From: the human T2T-CHM13v2.0 reference genome, Homo sapiens
Direction: 5' to 3' (one strand)
DNA: 64,000 nucleotides
NCBI RefSeq assembly: GCF_009914755.1
Contig: NC_060942.1
Part shown: in pieces, positions 41,680 to 57,890 of the stretch
Layout of the letters: each line of letters opens with the position of its first letter
How positions within the stretch are numbered: the first letter of the stretch is position 1
Notes under the pieces: model-generated
Seen by the model: the letters and a program-made list of their open reading frames with translations, nothing else
Database searches by the model: none
Told to the model about the DNA's origin: nothing
Program-made: the position numbers and the translations under genes

Positions 41680-42069
41680 TTTTTTTTTTTTTTTTGCATG
41701 TTACAACAGGCAATGTAAATGTGATTTCTTTCTTATGAAGCCCTTTTCTTTCAGTTATTACACTGACTATGGACATATCACCAAATACATTAGAAAGGGT
41801 TCAAAATAGATTGCTCAAATTTCTCAGATTTTTTACATATTTTAGACAATGAAATATTTAATATCCTAATGTTCTTGTTGAGAATCATGTTAGATCTGTA
41901 TATATACTTGTGTGACATATCTAATCACAGTAAGGTGACAACAGATTGGGAGTAGATATGATCCTTAAGTAGATTTTATGTAGAAAAAAACAAAAGTGTC
42001 AACTTTTAGAGGCTAGTAGAATGAAATGAAGACTCATTTGCCCTGAGTGACATAACTATGTGATAACGG

Positions 42070-42380
42070 TGTAATTAATCCCTTGTCCAAAATTCCTAGA
42101 GCCAGATGTGTTTTGGAATTAACTTTTAGGTTGTAGAAGCTTCTGGATTGTGGAAAGGTGCACATATCAAGAAGTAACTCCAGATGGGTCTGGAGAAGCT
42201 CCTTGTAACCAAATATGAAAATATATACATATTGTCATTAATTAGAAATAACTACATGCCAGTTTGGTTTTGCCACCAAATTATTTCAGGTAAGTCAATG
42301 TTTTTCCACACAACTAGTAATTTTTTTTTAAGACTTTTGGTTGTCTGAGCTTTTGGAGTTTGGAATTGTGGACACAATTT
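42070..42380. mobile_element. MER46C/Tigger4-like DNA transposon relic
   Basis: atcccttgtccaaaattcctagagccagatgtgttttggaat...gagcttttggagtttggaattgtgga. Confidence 0.7.
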
Positions 42381-43430
42381 TTGCTCCTGAAAGAGATTAC
42401 CAATTGGGGTTCATTAGCATGAACATCTTTGAAGTTAACATAGCGGGAGGCATAGGGAATTCTAACATATAAGTCATGTGAGAAGTGATTTTTCTCATTT
42501 AATTTTTGAGAATAAAATGTCACAAAAAGAAGATAAACTCAAAATAGATACATCATGGAAGTTAGCAGAGAAGATTATTTCAGACATGATGGAATGTTTG
42601 TTGGTGTCAGGGTCTACCAATTAAGTCAGAAAAGGCTAGTAAGAGCACATAGGATGTATCTGTTAGGTTGTAGCTTGCTCTTCCCAATGATGTTCAGCCT
42701 TTATGGTTTAACTCATTGTCTGGTAAAATGTCAACTCCTCTCAACTCCTTTGGTGGCAAACCCAAAAAAGATAGATCCAAAATTTTATTAATTTTAGAAA
42801 TAAATGAAAGATGATTAGATAAGGAACCCTTTGCACAAACTTTGCTAAGCTATTGATAAATACCAAAAGGCTCATCAACAAATATTGTACAGTTTATCTT
42901 GCAAATTCAGGCATTAAAATGAAAACCTATTAATTTATATATTTAAAAAATCCAATATTATGGATAGCTTTTTCCATCATGCCCGAGATTTCCGTCACTA
43001 CTGCCTCTTCCCTGCCTCCCCGCCAGGATTTCAAAAACCTTTTTCCTCTGTTATGCCATTTGTCTCCCATATCCTTAAACTCCTCTTCTCTCCTGAATGT
43101 GCTAATGTGGGAACTATAACATGCTTAATTACGTATTGCTTTAAAGTAAAGCAAGAGTAAGTCTCCTACCTTTCTATTTTTTCTCCCCCTTCACAGTACA
43201 TTCTTAAACTGACGGTTCACCTTTTTTGATAGCAGATCCTCCCTACTTATTTACTCCTTTCTCTGCCCTTGCAACCCCCTTAGAAAATTCCTCTTGATAA
43301 CAGACTCTAAAAGGCCTGCGTTGCTATTTCAATCATATTGCTGGGAATCCTGACAAAGCTGACTACACATTCTTTCTTGAAACACAGTCTCTTACTGTGG
43401 CATGGATGACAAGTACCTTGGTGGTTTTGA

Positions 43431-43776
<346 letters not shown>

Positions 43777-44494
43777 TTGGCTGTTCTTTCTCCTCTAACA
43801 ACCAGGTCTTTGCCAATTGTCTCTCTACACTCTCTGCTTTCAGCTATACCTAAAGAAACAAAGACCATCTATACATTGATTACTCCAAGTCATTACCTTG
43901 AAGAAAAACATCTCTTCTGAGCAGCAGAATGTTGTAGCTAATGGTCTCATTCACATCTTTCTTTGATATCTCACTGACCACTCAATTCATAATTTGTAAA
44001 TCATAATTTCCTCTTAATTATATGCATACACCTGTGTATCTTATGTCTGTGTTATTGCCATGCACCCAGTTTCTGAAATTTGAAACTTCACTTAACCTCA
44101 TATATTCAATAGATCAATTAATTTAACTTGCAATTGTCTCAAATTATCTACTTCACATTCTTTCTTTGCCCAAATCCTGTTCTATTATATCTGATTCAGA
44201 GTGCAAATTTCAGAGACAGACTATTTATCGTCCTCTCCCAGGTCATCCATTTATCTGCTTTCTGATCGTAAGCAATTGTTAGTCTCTCTGAGCTTCTTCT
44301 TTTTTTAATTTTATGTTTGTGCATGAAAATAATACCTAAAAATACCTTTCACACACTGCTTGGCACATAAAAATGTAGTGTTCGATGAGTTGGGGCAATT
44401 ATTATGAACTTATCCAAGCCATTTGGAGACCATTGCTATATCTCTTTTACCAATCTACATTGGTCAATTCTTCAAAAGAAAATATTGGCTTTTC

Positions 44495-44804
<310 letters not shown>

Positions 44805-46540
44805 AAAAGAAAATATTGGCTTTTCACACCCCGTCTTAAAATATTTCAATCGTTTGCAATCTCTCTTAGCATTAACCACAGAGTCCAGAATGTGGCCTGC
44901 ACCGTGGGCTTCTGTTCACCACTCCAGCGCATTGCTTCACCCTCCTTCTTTCACTGGCCTCAGGTAATGCCAGATTTCTGGAGTTTCATCAACGTACAAA
45001 GTTGTGTCCCATCTCAGGCTGCCCCAAATGTGATTTCCTTTGTTGGAAACAACTTCCCCTTTATTCTCTTAATTTAACTTATAATGTATGTGAAACGTTT
45101 AGGTCTCTGTCCCCAAGAAGAATTTAGGTACCTTTTGCTATGAGTTCACATAGTTGTTGTGCTTTTTCCTTATTGTTGTCCAGAAGAGTTATCTGCGTAT
45201 TAATTTAATGTTGATCACTCTTTCCCGACTAAATTTCTTTGAAGTTAGAGAACACATCTGCCTTTTTTACTGCTATAGTCTGCAATGTAGGTTCTGAAGC
45301 ATCCTAGTGATTAAACAATTAATATATATCATTTAAACATATAAATAAATGAATAAGTAAGAGTGAGAATAAATAAATGAATAAAGAAATGCCTCACATT
45401 AAGAATAAATACATGAATGAAGGAATGTCTGAATGCTAAGTTAGTATCTGCAAAAATGTCCAGTTCTCTGAAACTTTATTTAATCATCATTATAAGTAGT
45501 TATTTCTGCTGTCTTCCAATAATATATAAGTAGGAACATTTTTATTTGGAATGTCTTATTTAAATACAATGAGCCAGAAAGATGCTGTAATTAGCTTAGG
45601 CTTATAAAACAAGCTCCTTGGTATATATGCTTAATATACACCTGCTTCTAATTAAAAGTCTGAACTTCTTGTTTTTATGACTCAATATAATTATTTCAAA
45701 TATATTTTCTATAGAAACTAGTTACCAACTATTTTAAGAAAAAAATGAGGAACAGTTGAAGGTTTGCCTTTTTATGTCTCATATTACGTATATCATATTC
45801 TAATAATTCTGAAAAGAACTATTTGAATTAGTGCTTTAGTTAGCAGGATTGTAGAAGGGAGAAAAGACCAGCATAATAGAGGTGGAGAGTACAACATTTG
45901 TCATTTATGTGGCATATATTTTACTTCCTAACGCAAATGTTAACACTTTACCTCTGTTACTGTTCAAAGTGAGCAAAAAATCCCTAATTTTAATATAATT
46001 TTTACTCTGAATTTCTTTAGAGAAAAGATAATCAGTGCTTAATATAAAAATTTTTTGAGAATTCTTCATAGCAGCACCATAGAGAGTTGCTTATCTATCC
46101 CTTATAATTAGTGTAAAATATTATATTCTAATTTGGAAAATATGAATATGCATAACTTACTCATTTTTTAACTATTTTATTATAAACCAGATTTTAAAAT
46201 AAGCAAAGTAAATGTGCATTCTTTATTTGACATGAAGAGATAAAGCACATTATGTAAGTATTGATATATTTGATAAGATAGACATATTTCTGCAATGTTT
46301 CTATTTAAAAACATCATTAAAATTCCCTGAATTTCACTATATTTATGAAAATATGTTATATAAGTGTAACAAAGAATGACACATTTTTGTTTCCAGATTT
46401 TTTCTCATTAAAATTAGAAAAAAATCATTGCCTTCTATAATTATGAAATATGTATTCTTAAGCAATTTAGCTTTATTGGTATTTTATTATAATAATCAAT
46501 TAGTAATAGCTATGTTTTACCTTCTCTAAAGTGTAGATTA

Positions 46541-47207
46541 TTTACAACAAGAACATGTAACATGAGATCTACACTTTTAATACATTTTGAGTGTAAAATA
46601 CAGTGTTGTTAACTGTAGACTCAATGTTATACAGTAGATCTCTAGCTTTTATTCATCTTGCTTAACTGAAATCTTATGCCCATTGACTAGCAGCTTGTCA
46701 TTTTATCCTCTCTTCAGCTCCTGGCAACACCATTCTATTAATTCTATGAATTTGATTATTTTATATATCTCATAAAAGAAAAATAATGCAGTATTTGATT
46801 TTCTGGTACTAGTCTATTTCAGTTAAGCACTATGTCCTTAAGGTTCATTCGTGTTGTCACATATCCCAGAATTTTCTTCTTCTTAAAGGCTGAGTAATAT
46901 TTTCTTACATGTATATACGGCATTTTATCCATCCATTCATCCTTCCTTGAATATTTAAATTGTTTCCACATCTTGGCTATAATGAATATTGCTGCAATGA
47001 ATATAAGAATGCTAATATCTCTGAAATCCCAATTTAAATTATTTTTGATAAATACCCAGAAGGGGGATTGCTGAATCATAAGGTAGTTCTGTTTTTAATT
47101 TTTTGAGAAACCGTCCTACTGTTTTTCATGCTGGCTGCACCGTATTGCATTTCCACAAACAATGGACAAGGGTTCCAATTTTTTCACATTCTTTCCAGGA
47201 CTTGAAG

Positions 47208-47242
<35 letters not shown>

Positions 47243-47878
47243 AGTAGCCATACTGACAGATGTGAAGTCGTATCTCATTGTGGTTTTGATTTGCATTTCT
47301 CTGATTAGTGACATTGAGAAGATTCAAATTTGTTGGCCATTTGTGTGTCTTTTTTAGAGACACATGTATTCATGTCGTTAGCCCATTAATTTAATCTGGT
47401 TATTAGTTTAGTTTTGTTTTTGCTATTGTGTTACAGAATTTTCTGATACATTGTAGAAATTAACCTCTTATCATTTGGGTGGCTTATATATATTTTCTCC
47501 CATTCTACAGGTGGCTTTTATTCTGTTGATTATTTCTTTTCTTTGCAGAGCTTTTTAGTTTGATAAGTTCCCATATCTATTTATTTTTCGTACTTGCTTT
47601 TGTTGTCTGTGCTTTTAGTGTCATATTTATAAAATTATTTCCAAGATCGATGTCGTCAAGCTTTTCTTTTACGTTTCCTTCCTGAAATTTTACAGTTTCA
47701 GGTCTTAAGTTTAAGGTTTTTTATTCCATTTTGAGTTAAGTTTTGTATATGGTGTAATATAAAAGTCCAGTTTCATGCATTTACATGTTGATAAACAGTT
47801 TTTCCAACAATATTTGTTAAATAGATCATCTTCTTCCTATTGTGCATTTGTGTCACACTTGTGGAAGGTCAGTTGACA
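46541..47878 (-). mobile_element. L1MA9/10-like 3' end
   Basis: aagaacatgtaacatgagatctac...cagtagatctctagc...; antisense ORF2. Confidence 0.9.
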
Positions 47879-48647
<769 letters not shown>

Positions 48648-49476
48648 CTATGAATTTACATCTACTATTAATTAAATTTTATAAGAATGGCTTGTGATTT
48701 TACCTAATTATAACATGACATCACAAGCAGACTGTGAGTGTGAAACAAACTCAACATTTTTAGTGACATTCAATTATGAAATATTCAATCCAAGACTTTA
48801 CAATTTTATCTTATTATATATTGAGGAGCCTTAAGTTATTTTTACTAAATGCCTTGTAACAGAAAGATCCACAACGTTCAGAACAATTGTTCTTCCTGCT
48901 TTAGTCAAACTTAAAAATAACATGCTGAAATAGTTTGAAACATTAAAACACTTTTTTTGTCAGCAAACAGTATTCACAGACAAATAGAAAGCACTGCTGA
49001 AAGTTTGAAGAGTATTAGAAAAATATAAGATATAAGTAATTAGAATGCAGTTGTTTAAAAATTTTTAACACGTCTTTTCTTGTAGAATTTGTTAGTGTTT
49101 GGGGTTTTGTTGTTGTTCTTGGGGGTTTTGTTTGGTTGTGTTTTTTTTTTTTTTTTTTTGCCGTGAATTATAGCAAGAATGACTCCTTGAGAACCACTGT
49201 AAGAAATGTGAATCGGAAAAAAAAGTATTAACACAAAATAACTTCTTACATAAACATGTGTCATAGAGAAAAATTGTGAAAATAGAATCTTCTAATGGAA
49301 AGGTTACTTTGGGAAGAGCAGGCATTCTAGTCCTGGGTAGACTTACAAAGATAGTATCACTCCTAAAATTCAATTGTGAAGTATTATTTGTAAACTTGGT
49401 ATTGTGGCAAATATATCAAAGCCGAAACCAATTGTGAATAAATCTCTGAAAGATATGATCAAAGGGATTACATTAT

Positions 49477-49872
49477 TGCATTAGGCTGTTCGTGTGTTAC
49501 TATAAAGGAATATCTAGATTGGGTAATTTATAAAGGAAAGAGAGTTTAATTGGCTTACCATTCTGCATGCTGTACAGAATGCATGGCATCGGCATCTGCT
49601 TCTGGTAAGGGCCTCCAGAAGCTTCTAATCATGGCGCAAGGAAAAGTCAGAGCAGGTGCATCACATGGCAAGAGTGGGAGCAAGAGAGACAGGGGAAGGT
49701 CTCAGACTTTCAAATAACCAGATCTCATGTGAACTAACTGAGTAAGAACTTAAACCATTTATAGGGGATCCACTCCCATGATCCAACCACCTCCCAGCAA
49801 GGCCCTGCCTCTGACACTGGAAATCATATTTCCACATGAGAATTGGAGGGGACACAACATCAAACCATGTCA
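49477..49872 (-). mobile_element. MSTA MaLR solo LTR
   Basis: TG...CA termini, 5-bp TSD ATTAT, gggtaatttataaaggaaagag, ggcatcggcatctgcttctgg. Confidence 0.92.
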
Positions 49873-52424
49873 ATTATGAAAACAAGACTGTAAAATTATT
49901 TGGAATATTTTAATATTTTGCATTAAGTGGAAAATAACTGTGAAAATATTTTATGAATAGCCAGAGATGCACTGAGGATTATATTGCAAAGTGTGTCTCT
50001 ACATAGTTGCACACATCAAAACTATGAAGACACCCTTATCTAAACTTCTGAATATCTGCTAAATGGATATTTTCATAGGTTTGCAAGCCATAAGTTGAAA
50101 TTATACTTAGTTTAAGATAATGCTATAGATATAATTTTAATCATTATTGCATGCAATAAACTTATTTAATATTTTTAGTATCCTCATTTTTCTTAAATGT
50201 CTGCTTATATATACATTTAATGTACATATATATTGATACAACATTACACATAGGAAAGATATTTTATAATTATCAAGGAATGAGAACTGATACTTCATTA
50301 TCATGATCATTATTATTAGTAGCTTTATTATTATTATTGTTGCTATTGATTAATTGAAAAATTCTCCCTATCTTTGTGATGTTAACAAATTTTAGCTCTT
50401 CTTTCTTTCAATTACACTTATCAAAGGATTCAGTAATATAATGAATAAAACATTTATGAATGCAATGAATGCATACGGTTCCATAATTTTATGAAATTAT
50501 TAATTTCTCATCTTTCTTCTATTTGTGATTCTATCCAGTCTAAGGGGATGTGATAAATCTCCGACTTGCATAAATAAGTTTATTTCAAAATCCCTACTTT
50601 CTTCTCTGTAAACATAGTGGAAATTAACTAATACCTTTTACACTTGCTTGATGCATCCTTTTTTTTTTTTTTCATTTAGAACAAATTAATTGGTTTAAAA
50701 TACATTAGAAGTTCTTAGCATACTGGGACTTGAATACCATTGAGATAGTTTAAAATATTGGGTTGTACATACTTGAATTTTGGAAATATGCTATCAAATT
50801 GGAAAATGTTTGGTCAAATAATAGAACTCCATTTATCACGAGAAGATTTGCTTTGTTTTGTGTTTTGCTTTTGCTTTTAGAGACAGGGTAATAATGAATA
50901 ATTTAATAGCTCTTAAAATGGTATTGAATCCTTGACTTGGCTTAAATAATTCTCATTTCTTAGAGTTGTTTTTGCAGCTCTACTCTTGGCTACATTTCTG
51001 TCTAAAACTAAGCTCCAGATATTTAAAAAGTTTTTTGATAAGCCTCATGGTACAAACTAAGTATAATTTCCCCTTTGTTCTTACATGTGTACTATCTCTG
51101 ACTCCTGAAAGCAATCCTTAAACTAACTGGGAAGTAAAATCTTCCGTGTTCTACCTCTCTGAGGTGGCAACTACTACTGTTGCCAATTCATGGACCATAT
51201 TATGACAAGACTGATAGATCAAAATGTTTAAACCAAAATAATATGGTAATAATGCCTTATTAGTTTAGTGCATTCTCCAGACTATTTCAGGCTTTTTGTA
51301 GAAAGTTTGTTCTTGTGACCTGGTGCCAGGGCAGCCTCTTTCCTAGGTACTTAGGCATCTCAGACAGCCACCAGGTTCCTTTCACTAAACCGTATGTCAA
51401 TCTCTACCCAGAGACTTTTCCCTCCTGAGAGAAATAAAATTAACTAAGGATACACATGCCCTCAGTCTGATGACAGTAAGAATTAAACTGTCTTCCTCCA
51501 GAGAGCACTGATTCTATGGGAAAGCTTTCTTACTCTGTCTATGTATGCTGTCATCTAATTCAATTCAATCCACAGCTTTTCACCTTTTTGCTTTAATGAA
51601 GTGTTACCCTTCACCTTTCTCCATTTCCCACACCATAAAAGCTACAGCCTGGATAATTCAAGACCTCTTGACACAAGTGCCTAACTCCAAGAGCTCCTTG
51701 ATTCAGGCAGAGGACTTCTGCCCTTGGGGTATTCCCTTTTTTATGCTTCAATTGGCTTGAGTGTAACCCTCAGACTACACTAAAAATTAAGAATAATAGA
51801 AAAAATTTATATTGCAATAGAGCTAAAATTAAAATATTGATTGCTGTGTAATTTATGTGTGATCACAGATCCATCCTTTTTACTTCATTACAAATAGAAA
51901 AGATTTCATTGACTCTATTCCTCAAATACTCTTCATGCTATATTTCTTTTAAATGCAAGAATTAAGGGCTCTGTACTTCTCATCAACATCTTTGGAGGAC
52001 ACTCCTGAGAATAAACAAGAGAGAGAGCTTTAGTTTGTTTATTAATTATCTTTTTCTTAAGAGAGCTGAACCACGTGATATCCATATTGCATAGGCAGTA
52101 CTTTATTTGTGAACCTTTATGAGATTTTCACTTAATAAACCTTGACATATTTTGCAGTTGGTGATATTAATAGCCACACGGGAGCTACTTCAGAGGGTCA
52201 TGTTTGATAGAACAGTGACTCCCACTAAAGGTTTGGTGACACCCTTGGGTGTCTCTAATTATCACACAGGCTCTTGTAAAATTCTACAATGACTCTCAGA
52301 AGAAAATTAATTTTAATTAGCCTCAATTTTGAAAAATACATCTCATACAACATTTTTCATGGCCAAAGTGCCACCTAATCAAACAGAATGCTACAATGCT
52401 AAAACCATATCTCTGAGATGCAAT

Positions 52425-52800
52425 TCGACTTTGTTAATGCGGTTTGGGCACCTACTCTGTGCAAGATCCTGGACCAGGCCCAGTAAGTATTCAAGGATGC
52501 CTCAGAAATAGTCACTGCTACTGACAACTTAAGCTCTTATGGGACACATAAGCTATAAATAACTAAATAAACCATAAGAAAACTAATTTGCAAAATATGA
52601 GTTTTTCCATGGCAGTGCTGAGGAAGGAACAATTAATTCTGATCAAGTGAATCAAATAAGGCCTTAAGAGGGAAGTCAAATAGCATCAAGATTTGAAAAG
52701 TAAATGAGATGTCAGTGCGGATAGGGACTGTGGGAAGGGTGTCTGTTACCACCACATGAATAAATACAGTGGTCTACCCAGAGAGGTAAACAAAGCTGAG
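52425..52800 (-). mobile_element. L2 3' end
   Basis: ttgggcacctactctgtgcaag...gaggaaggaacaattaattctg. Confidence 0.6.
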
Positions 52801-53050
52801 GTGAAAATTTGTGTGAATATAATTATTTTGAACTATTTTTTTAAATGTTTGTGTCCTTTACAGCTAATATGAACCATGCTTAAGATAACTTGCAATCAAA
52901 TACATTTCTTCCTTCCATCAAATAGTTTTAGCCAATATTCATCTTGATGAGCAATGTTCTGGCATGTATACATGAATTCTTTGGAACATATTAATTAGTT
53001 GAGAGTTCTATTACATTAATGTCAATACATTTACTAGTATTAGTTAATTC

Positions 53051-53635
53051 TTTTTTTATTTCAATAGTTTCTGGGAAACACGTGGGTTTTGGTTACATGC
53101 ATAAGTTCTCTTTAGTCGTGATTTCTGAGATTTTGGTGCATCCATCACCTGAGCAGTGCACACTGTACCCAATGTGTAGTCTTTTATCCCTCACCACCTC
53201 CCACCTTTCCCCAAGTCCCCAAAGTCTATTATATATTCTCATGCCTTTGTGTCCTCATAGCTTAGCTCTCACTTATAAGTGAGAACATGCAATATTTGGT
53301 TTTCCATTCCTGAGTTACTTCTCTTAGAATAATGCTATCCAACTCCATCCAGGTTGCTGCAAATGCCATTATCTGATTCCTCTTTATGGCTGAGTAGTAT
53401 TCTATGGTGTGTATATACAACATTTTCTTTATTCACTAGTTAGTTGATGGGCATTTAGGCTGGTTCTATATTTTTGCAATTGCAAATTTTGCTGTTATAA
53501 ACATGGGTGTGCAAGTGTCTTTTTTATATAATGACTTCTTTTCTTTTGGGTTGATACCCAGTAGTGGGATTGCTGGATCAAATGGTGCTTCTACTTTTAG
53601 TTATTTAAGGAATCTTCATAGTGTTTTCCATAGTG
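53051..53635 (-). mobile_element. L1PB 3' end
   Basis: gtgatttctgagattttggtgcatccatcacctgagcagtg; TSD TAGTTAATTC. Confidence 0.92.
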
Positions 53636-54651
53636 TAGTTAATTCCTAAAATTGTGTCCTGAGTATCTGCCATATACAATGCATCATACCAGCAGCTATT
53701 TATTTTAAATGAAAATATATATTCATCTGACATCTCTATCGGTCATCTTTCCTTTTTTTCTTCTATACTCTCACACACCTCTAAATATAGAGTGCTTTGC
53801 CAAATATTATGCTTGCCTATGCATTCCCTTTTTCATACAAAGTATCTTATTTGGCTGAGAAACAGGCCAAGATACTTTGCAGAAGGAATGAATATTAGTA
53901 ATTTATATAGAGAATTTTTTGATTCATATCATGCATTGTTTTATATTAACTATTATAAAAAATAGACATATTTCTCCCCACAGGGGTTTGTACTCTTGCA
54001 GGACTGTTTACGTATACAGATGTTGTAGATGCCTTGAAATCATGGATATGTACTCCAATCCATTCTATTGTTTGCCCAAGGTCATTAAGTCAGAGACAAT
54101 ATGCATGACAATGACCTTTACACAGCCGAAGGACTGTTATATAGAGTCAGTTATATGTTGATTAGATAGCAATTAAATGGAGAGAAATTTTAGCTCAATT
54201 GATAAATTACCAATAGTTAGAGTTTTAAATGGATAGAAAGTGGTATCTTATGAAATAATATCTGCTAGTATAATTCACAGAGAGCATAAATAGTCACCAT
54301 CAGAGGTGTTGGAGCAACAATTTCTCCAGTTTTCTCATTGGGGAATTAGCCTTAATTACCTGAATACAAAATTCAACTATAGTAGCTCATAGCTGTATGC
54401 TATATATAGTTATATAAGCAGTCTCACACTTGTTTTCATTACTTGCCTATATCATTGAAATTGCCATCCCATTTGGCTGGTTTATACATTATTTATACTA
54501 TTCCTCTCTTAGTCAGCTTGTGGTGTGGTTAACACACAACCCAGTTTCTAACTTAATCCCAGAATGGGATCTGTCCCTGAAACTCCCTCCTTCATTGACT
54601 TCCCTGTGGCTTCAGCCTTGGTCTCATCAAGCCAGTCTTCATGCCTAAACC

Positions 54652-54850
54652 ACCAATGGTTAGTATGCTATGGCCTGAGGGCCAAATCCAGCCTGCTCCC
54701 TGTTTATGTAAATAATGCTGTATTGGAGCGCAGCCATTTCCATTCACTTATGTATTGTCTATGCCACAGCTGACTAGTTACAACCATATGCCCCAGAATG
54801 TAAATATTTACTGTGTAGCAATTTACAGAAAATGTTTACTGTCTCCTGCT
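54652..54850. mobile_element. MER58A hAT-Charlie relic
   Basis: tatggcctgagggccaaatccagcctgctccctgtttatgtaaataa...aaatatttactg...tttacagaaaatgttt. Confidence 0.85.
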
Positions 54851-55018
54851 TTAAACCACATTTCAGTGCTCCCTCCAGAAGTTCTTTTGGAATTCTCACT
54901 TCAGAATGACATCCATTGCTAATGCTTCAATATACCCAAGAGACATTTGTAGCTGCTGTTGTTGTTATATATGAAATGTAGATAAATGTGACTTATTTCC
55001 ATAACTCATCACTGTATG

Positions 55019-55436
55019 TGTTAACAAAACACTGGCGGTTCAGTCTAGATCCTGCTGCTAACCACACAGAAAGCCAATCAAGGAAAAAGGCTTTAATCGG
55101 GTGCTGCAGTGAAGAGATGAGAGATCAGTTTAAAATCCATCTCCCTGACTAAAACTAGGGGTTTATATAGCAGGGAGCAGTGTAACGATGTGTAAGAAAA
55201 CAGGAACTAGGATGGGCAATGAAGCAATCATGATGAGTGAGGTGCCTGGCATCTCATTGTTGGGATGTGGTGATCTGCTGAGTTTCAGTTATTTGATACT
55301 TTTTTGAGAGGTCTCAAAGTCCTTTCCTGAGGAAGGAACTCACATAGAACACATTGAAGTTTCATGCTTGAAGACTTGAAGGGACAATTTCTATGTTTAT
55401 GAAAACACTACTTATGGGACTATTGGATCACTTTCA
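55019..55436 (-). mobile_element. ERV1 solo LTR (MER4-group; subfamily uncertain)
   Basis: TG...CA termini, 4-bp TSD TATG/TACG, tcctttcctgaggaaggaactca, tatgggactattgg. Confidence 0.8.
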
Positions 55437-55929
55437 TACGTATTCTTCCTCTATTTCCTTCCAATCCACATCACAGAACAAGCAATAACATGACAAAGCA
55501 AATGAACATGAATATATTTGGATTCCATTTTACATGGAGATATGCTTCTCTTAGCCCAAGTGGTACCGCCCAGTGCATTTCTAACAGAATTATACTCACT
55601 GTGGTCAGCCAAGTGCTGTAGTGTTATTTGAACAGTATAATAAAAGAGGGAAAATTTCCCATATTATACTCTTAAGTATAAAGCGGTATATTTCTGTAAT
55701 AAATCTAATTTTAGAACCTAAGAAAATCCTCAGAAATATTTTAATGAGTATGTAACTTAGATCAGATTTTTTTAAATACATGTGTTTCAATGTCCTAATG
55801 TAAGTAATTTATCTTGTAAGTACATTGTGAGTACTTGCTGAGACAAAAATATAAATCATATTTCAAAATTTGGCAAAATATCTGTGTCAGGCATTGTTCT
55901 TGAAGTTTATACATTTTGTATGTAGAACA

Positions 55930-56045
55930 TTCTGTTCTGTCATAGCCACCCAACTCTGCCACAGAGCAGACATTAATGAATTAGCATGATTGTGTTCCAA
56001 TAAAACTTTATTTACAAAGACAGTCATAAGATTTGGTCCTCAGTA
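55930..56045. mobile_element. MER58A fragment
   Basis: caactctgcc...gattgtgttccaataaaactttatttacaaa. Confidence 0.75.
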
Positions 56046-56064
56046 CATAAGAATTTACATATTC

Positions 56065-56200
56065 TGTCTCATTACATCCTCATGATGATCTTATGAAATA
56101 AGCTCTTTAGATGAGAAAACGGAAACACACATTTGTGAGGGTAAAAAAACTTACCTAATGTCACGCAGCTTATAAATAGTGTAGTTAGTATGCAAAATGA
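56065..56200 (-). mobile_element. MIR
   Basis: tttagatgagaaaacggaaacac...acttacctaatgtcacgcagct. Confidence 0.7.
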
Positions 56201-57249
56201 GTCATAAGTGGATTTCCCAAGAATCCAGGTCTGTATAAAGCCTGTAGTTCTGTAGAATCAGGTTTCCTGAAATGCTACAAACTGGGTAGTAGCAATTTTC
56301 TCCTTGAAAGATCTTCCTTAGAAGTCTATCTAGGGAAGAATTTCCTCCTGTTCCAGTATTTATTTTTGTACTTCTATGTGGCTGGTGGAACTGTGATATT
56401 CCATTCTGAGCACCTGCTGCTAATCTAATTTTTTTAATTCCCAAGGTTATCCAATGTGATATTTTGTTTTTCTGTAATACGTCATTTTGTCTCACATACA
56501 GAAAACTCTGTGGTAGACTTAAAGGGAATATGACAACATTTTCTAGTATTAAAAATTTTCTTACAAAATCTAATTTGATATTGAAAGCAAGAGTGGATTA
56601 CTTCTAAGTCTCAGGGGTTGTAAATTGGAGATCACACATTTTGACTAAAACAATTAAATCAGGTTAACATGCTTTATATGTCTTCATAGCAATTCATGTT
56701 AGAATTGAATGTTGTCTCAATGTTTCCCTTTGTGAAAAAAATATATATATATTCATGTTTACTTTGTACATATTTTTCATGGGTCTATCTTGTCTGCACA
56801 TCTCTATATATTGTATAAATTCTAGGCTTTCTTTTTATTCATCTTGTTGTTTAGCCTTTAGGTATGATGCAGACCTTGCTTTAACAATGTTTCCTACATA
56901 GACACCCTAAAACTCCCCTTTCATGCTTCTGGATTGTGTTCTCAAACACCTGTTACTTTTGTTTTTATCTAGTACTCTCTGTTCAAATTGTGTTTTGTGG
57001 TTAAATAGGCTTTTAATGGATATGTCCTGGGACCTCTAACACCGTATATATTAGTGGTCATAATAAAAAATATGATGTTGTGCTTCAAATTATTGATTTC
57101 AGTATAGCTACTATGACAATATCCACTCACAAGATGAAAAAATGTTTTAGGTAAACATACAAAAACATTTCTTCAGAGTTCTGCACAATCTTAAAGAGTT
57201 ATAGTTTGAAGCAACATGTTGGACTTTCTTTTCTTTTTATTTCCTACTA

Positions 57250-57890
57250 TCTCCCTTAGTGATTTTGTGTCTTCTATCTATAGGTCAAATATAATTTATA
57301 TCCCAATTCCTTTCAAATTTATATTTGTTGTCCAGCACACACTTCTTGATGTTCCTCAAAGGCACTAAAAAACCAACAGGTTCAAGCATAATTCAGTATC
57401 TTATCCCATTTCCCATTCAATTTATGCCAGTCTTCACAACTGGTATTTCTCTCTCTCTCTCTCTCTCTGTTTTTTTTTTAATCTAGGCAAAGGGAATTAT
57501 CACCCCTCAGCCATAGATGTCAGAGTCATGTCCGCGATTGCTGACTAACTCTCAACCTCAAACTCAATCAATCACTTAAAAAATTATTGATTTATACCTG
57601 CTGAATATCAGTTGAATAAAATACTTCTCTCAGTTCTCTTTGTCATTCATTACTCATTACTCTAGTTCAACCTATCTTCATATCTGGTTTAGGTTATGGC
57701 AAAGCTATAACTATATATTCAGTCTCCCAAATTCCCCTCTTGCCTTCTTTAAAACAGTTTCCATACTCTTCTCCATTAAAAACATTAAATTTGATAATAA
57801 CCCTTTCCAGTTTATATTATTCAAGTCTTTCTGTTATTCTTATAATAAAGATTAGTTTCTGAGCACAGCCTTTAAGACATGGCAAAAATA
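57250..57890 (+). mobile_element. L2 fragments
   Basis: cttgatgttcctcaaaggcac...atcaatcacttaaaaaattattgatttatacctgctgaatatc. Confidence 0.55.

Noticed and set aside
42280-42296. Consensus donor CAG|GTAAGT (also near 58427)
   Set aside because: Inside repeat relics with no convincing paired acceptor.
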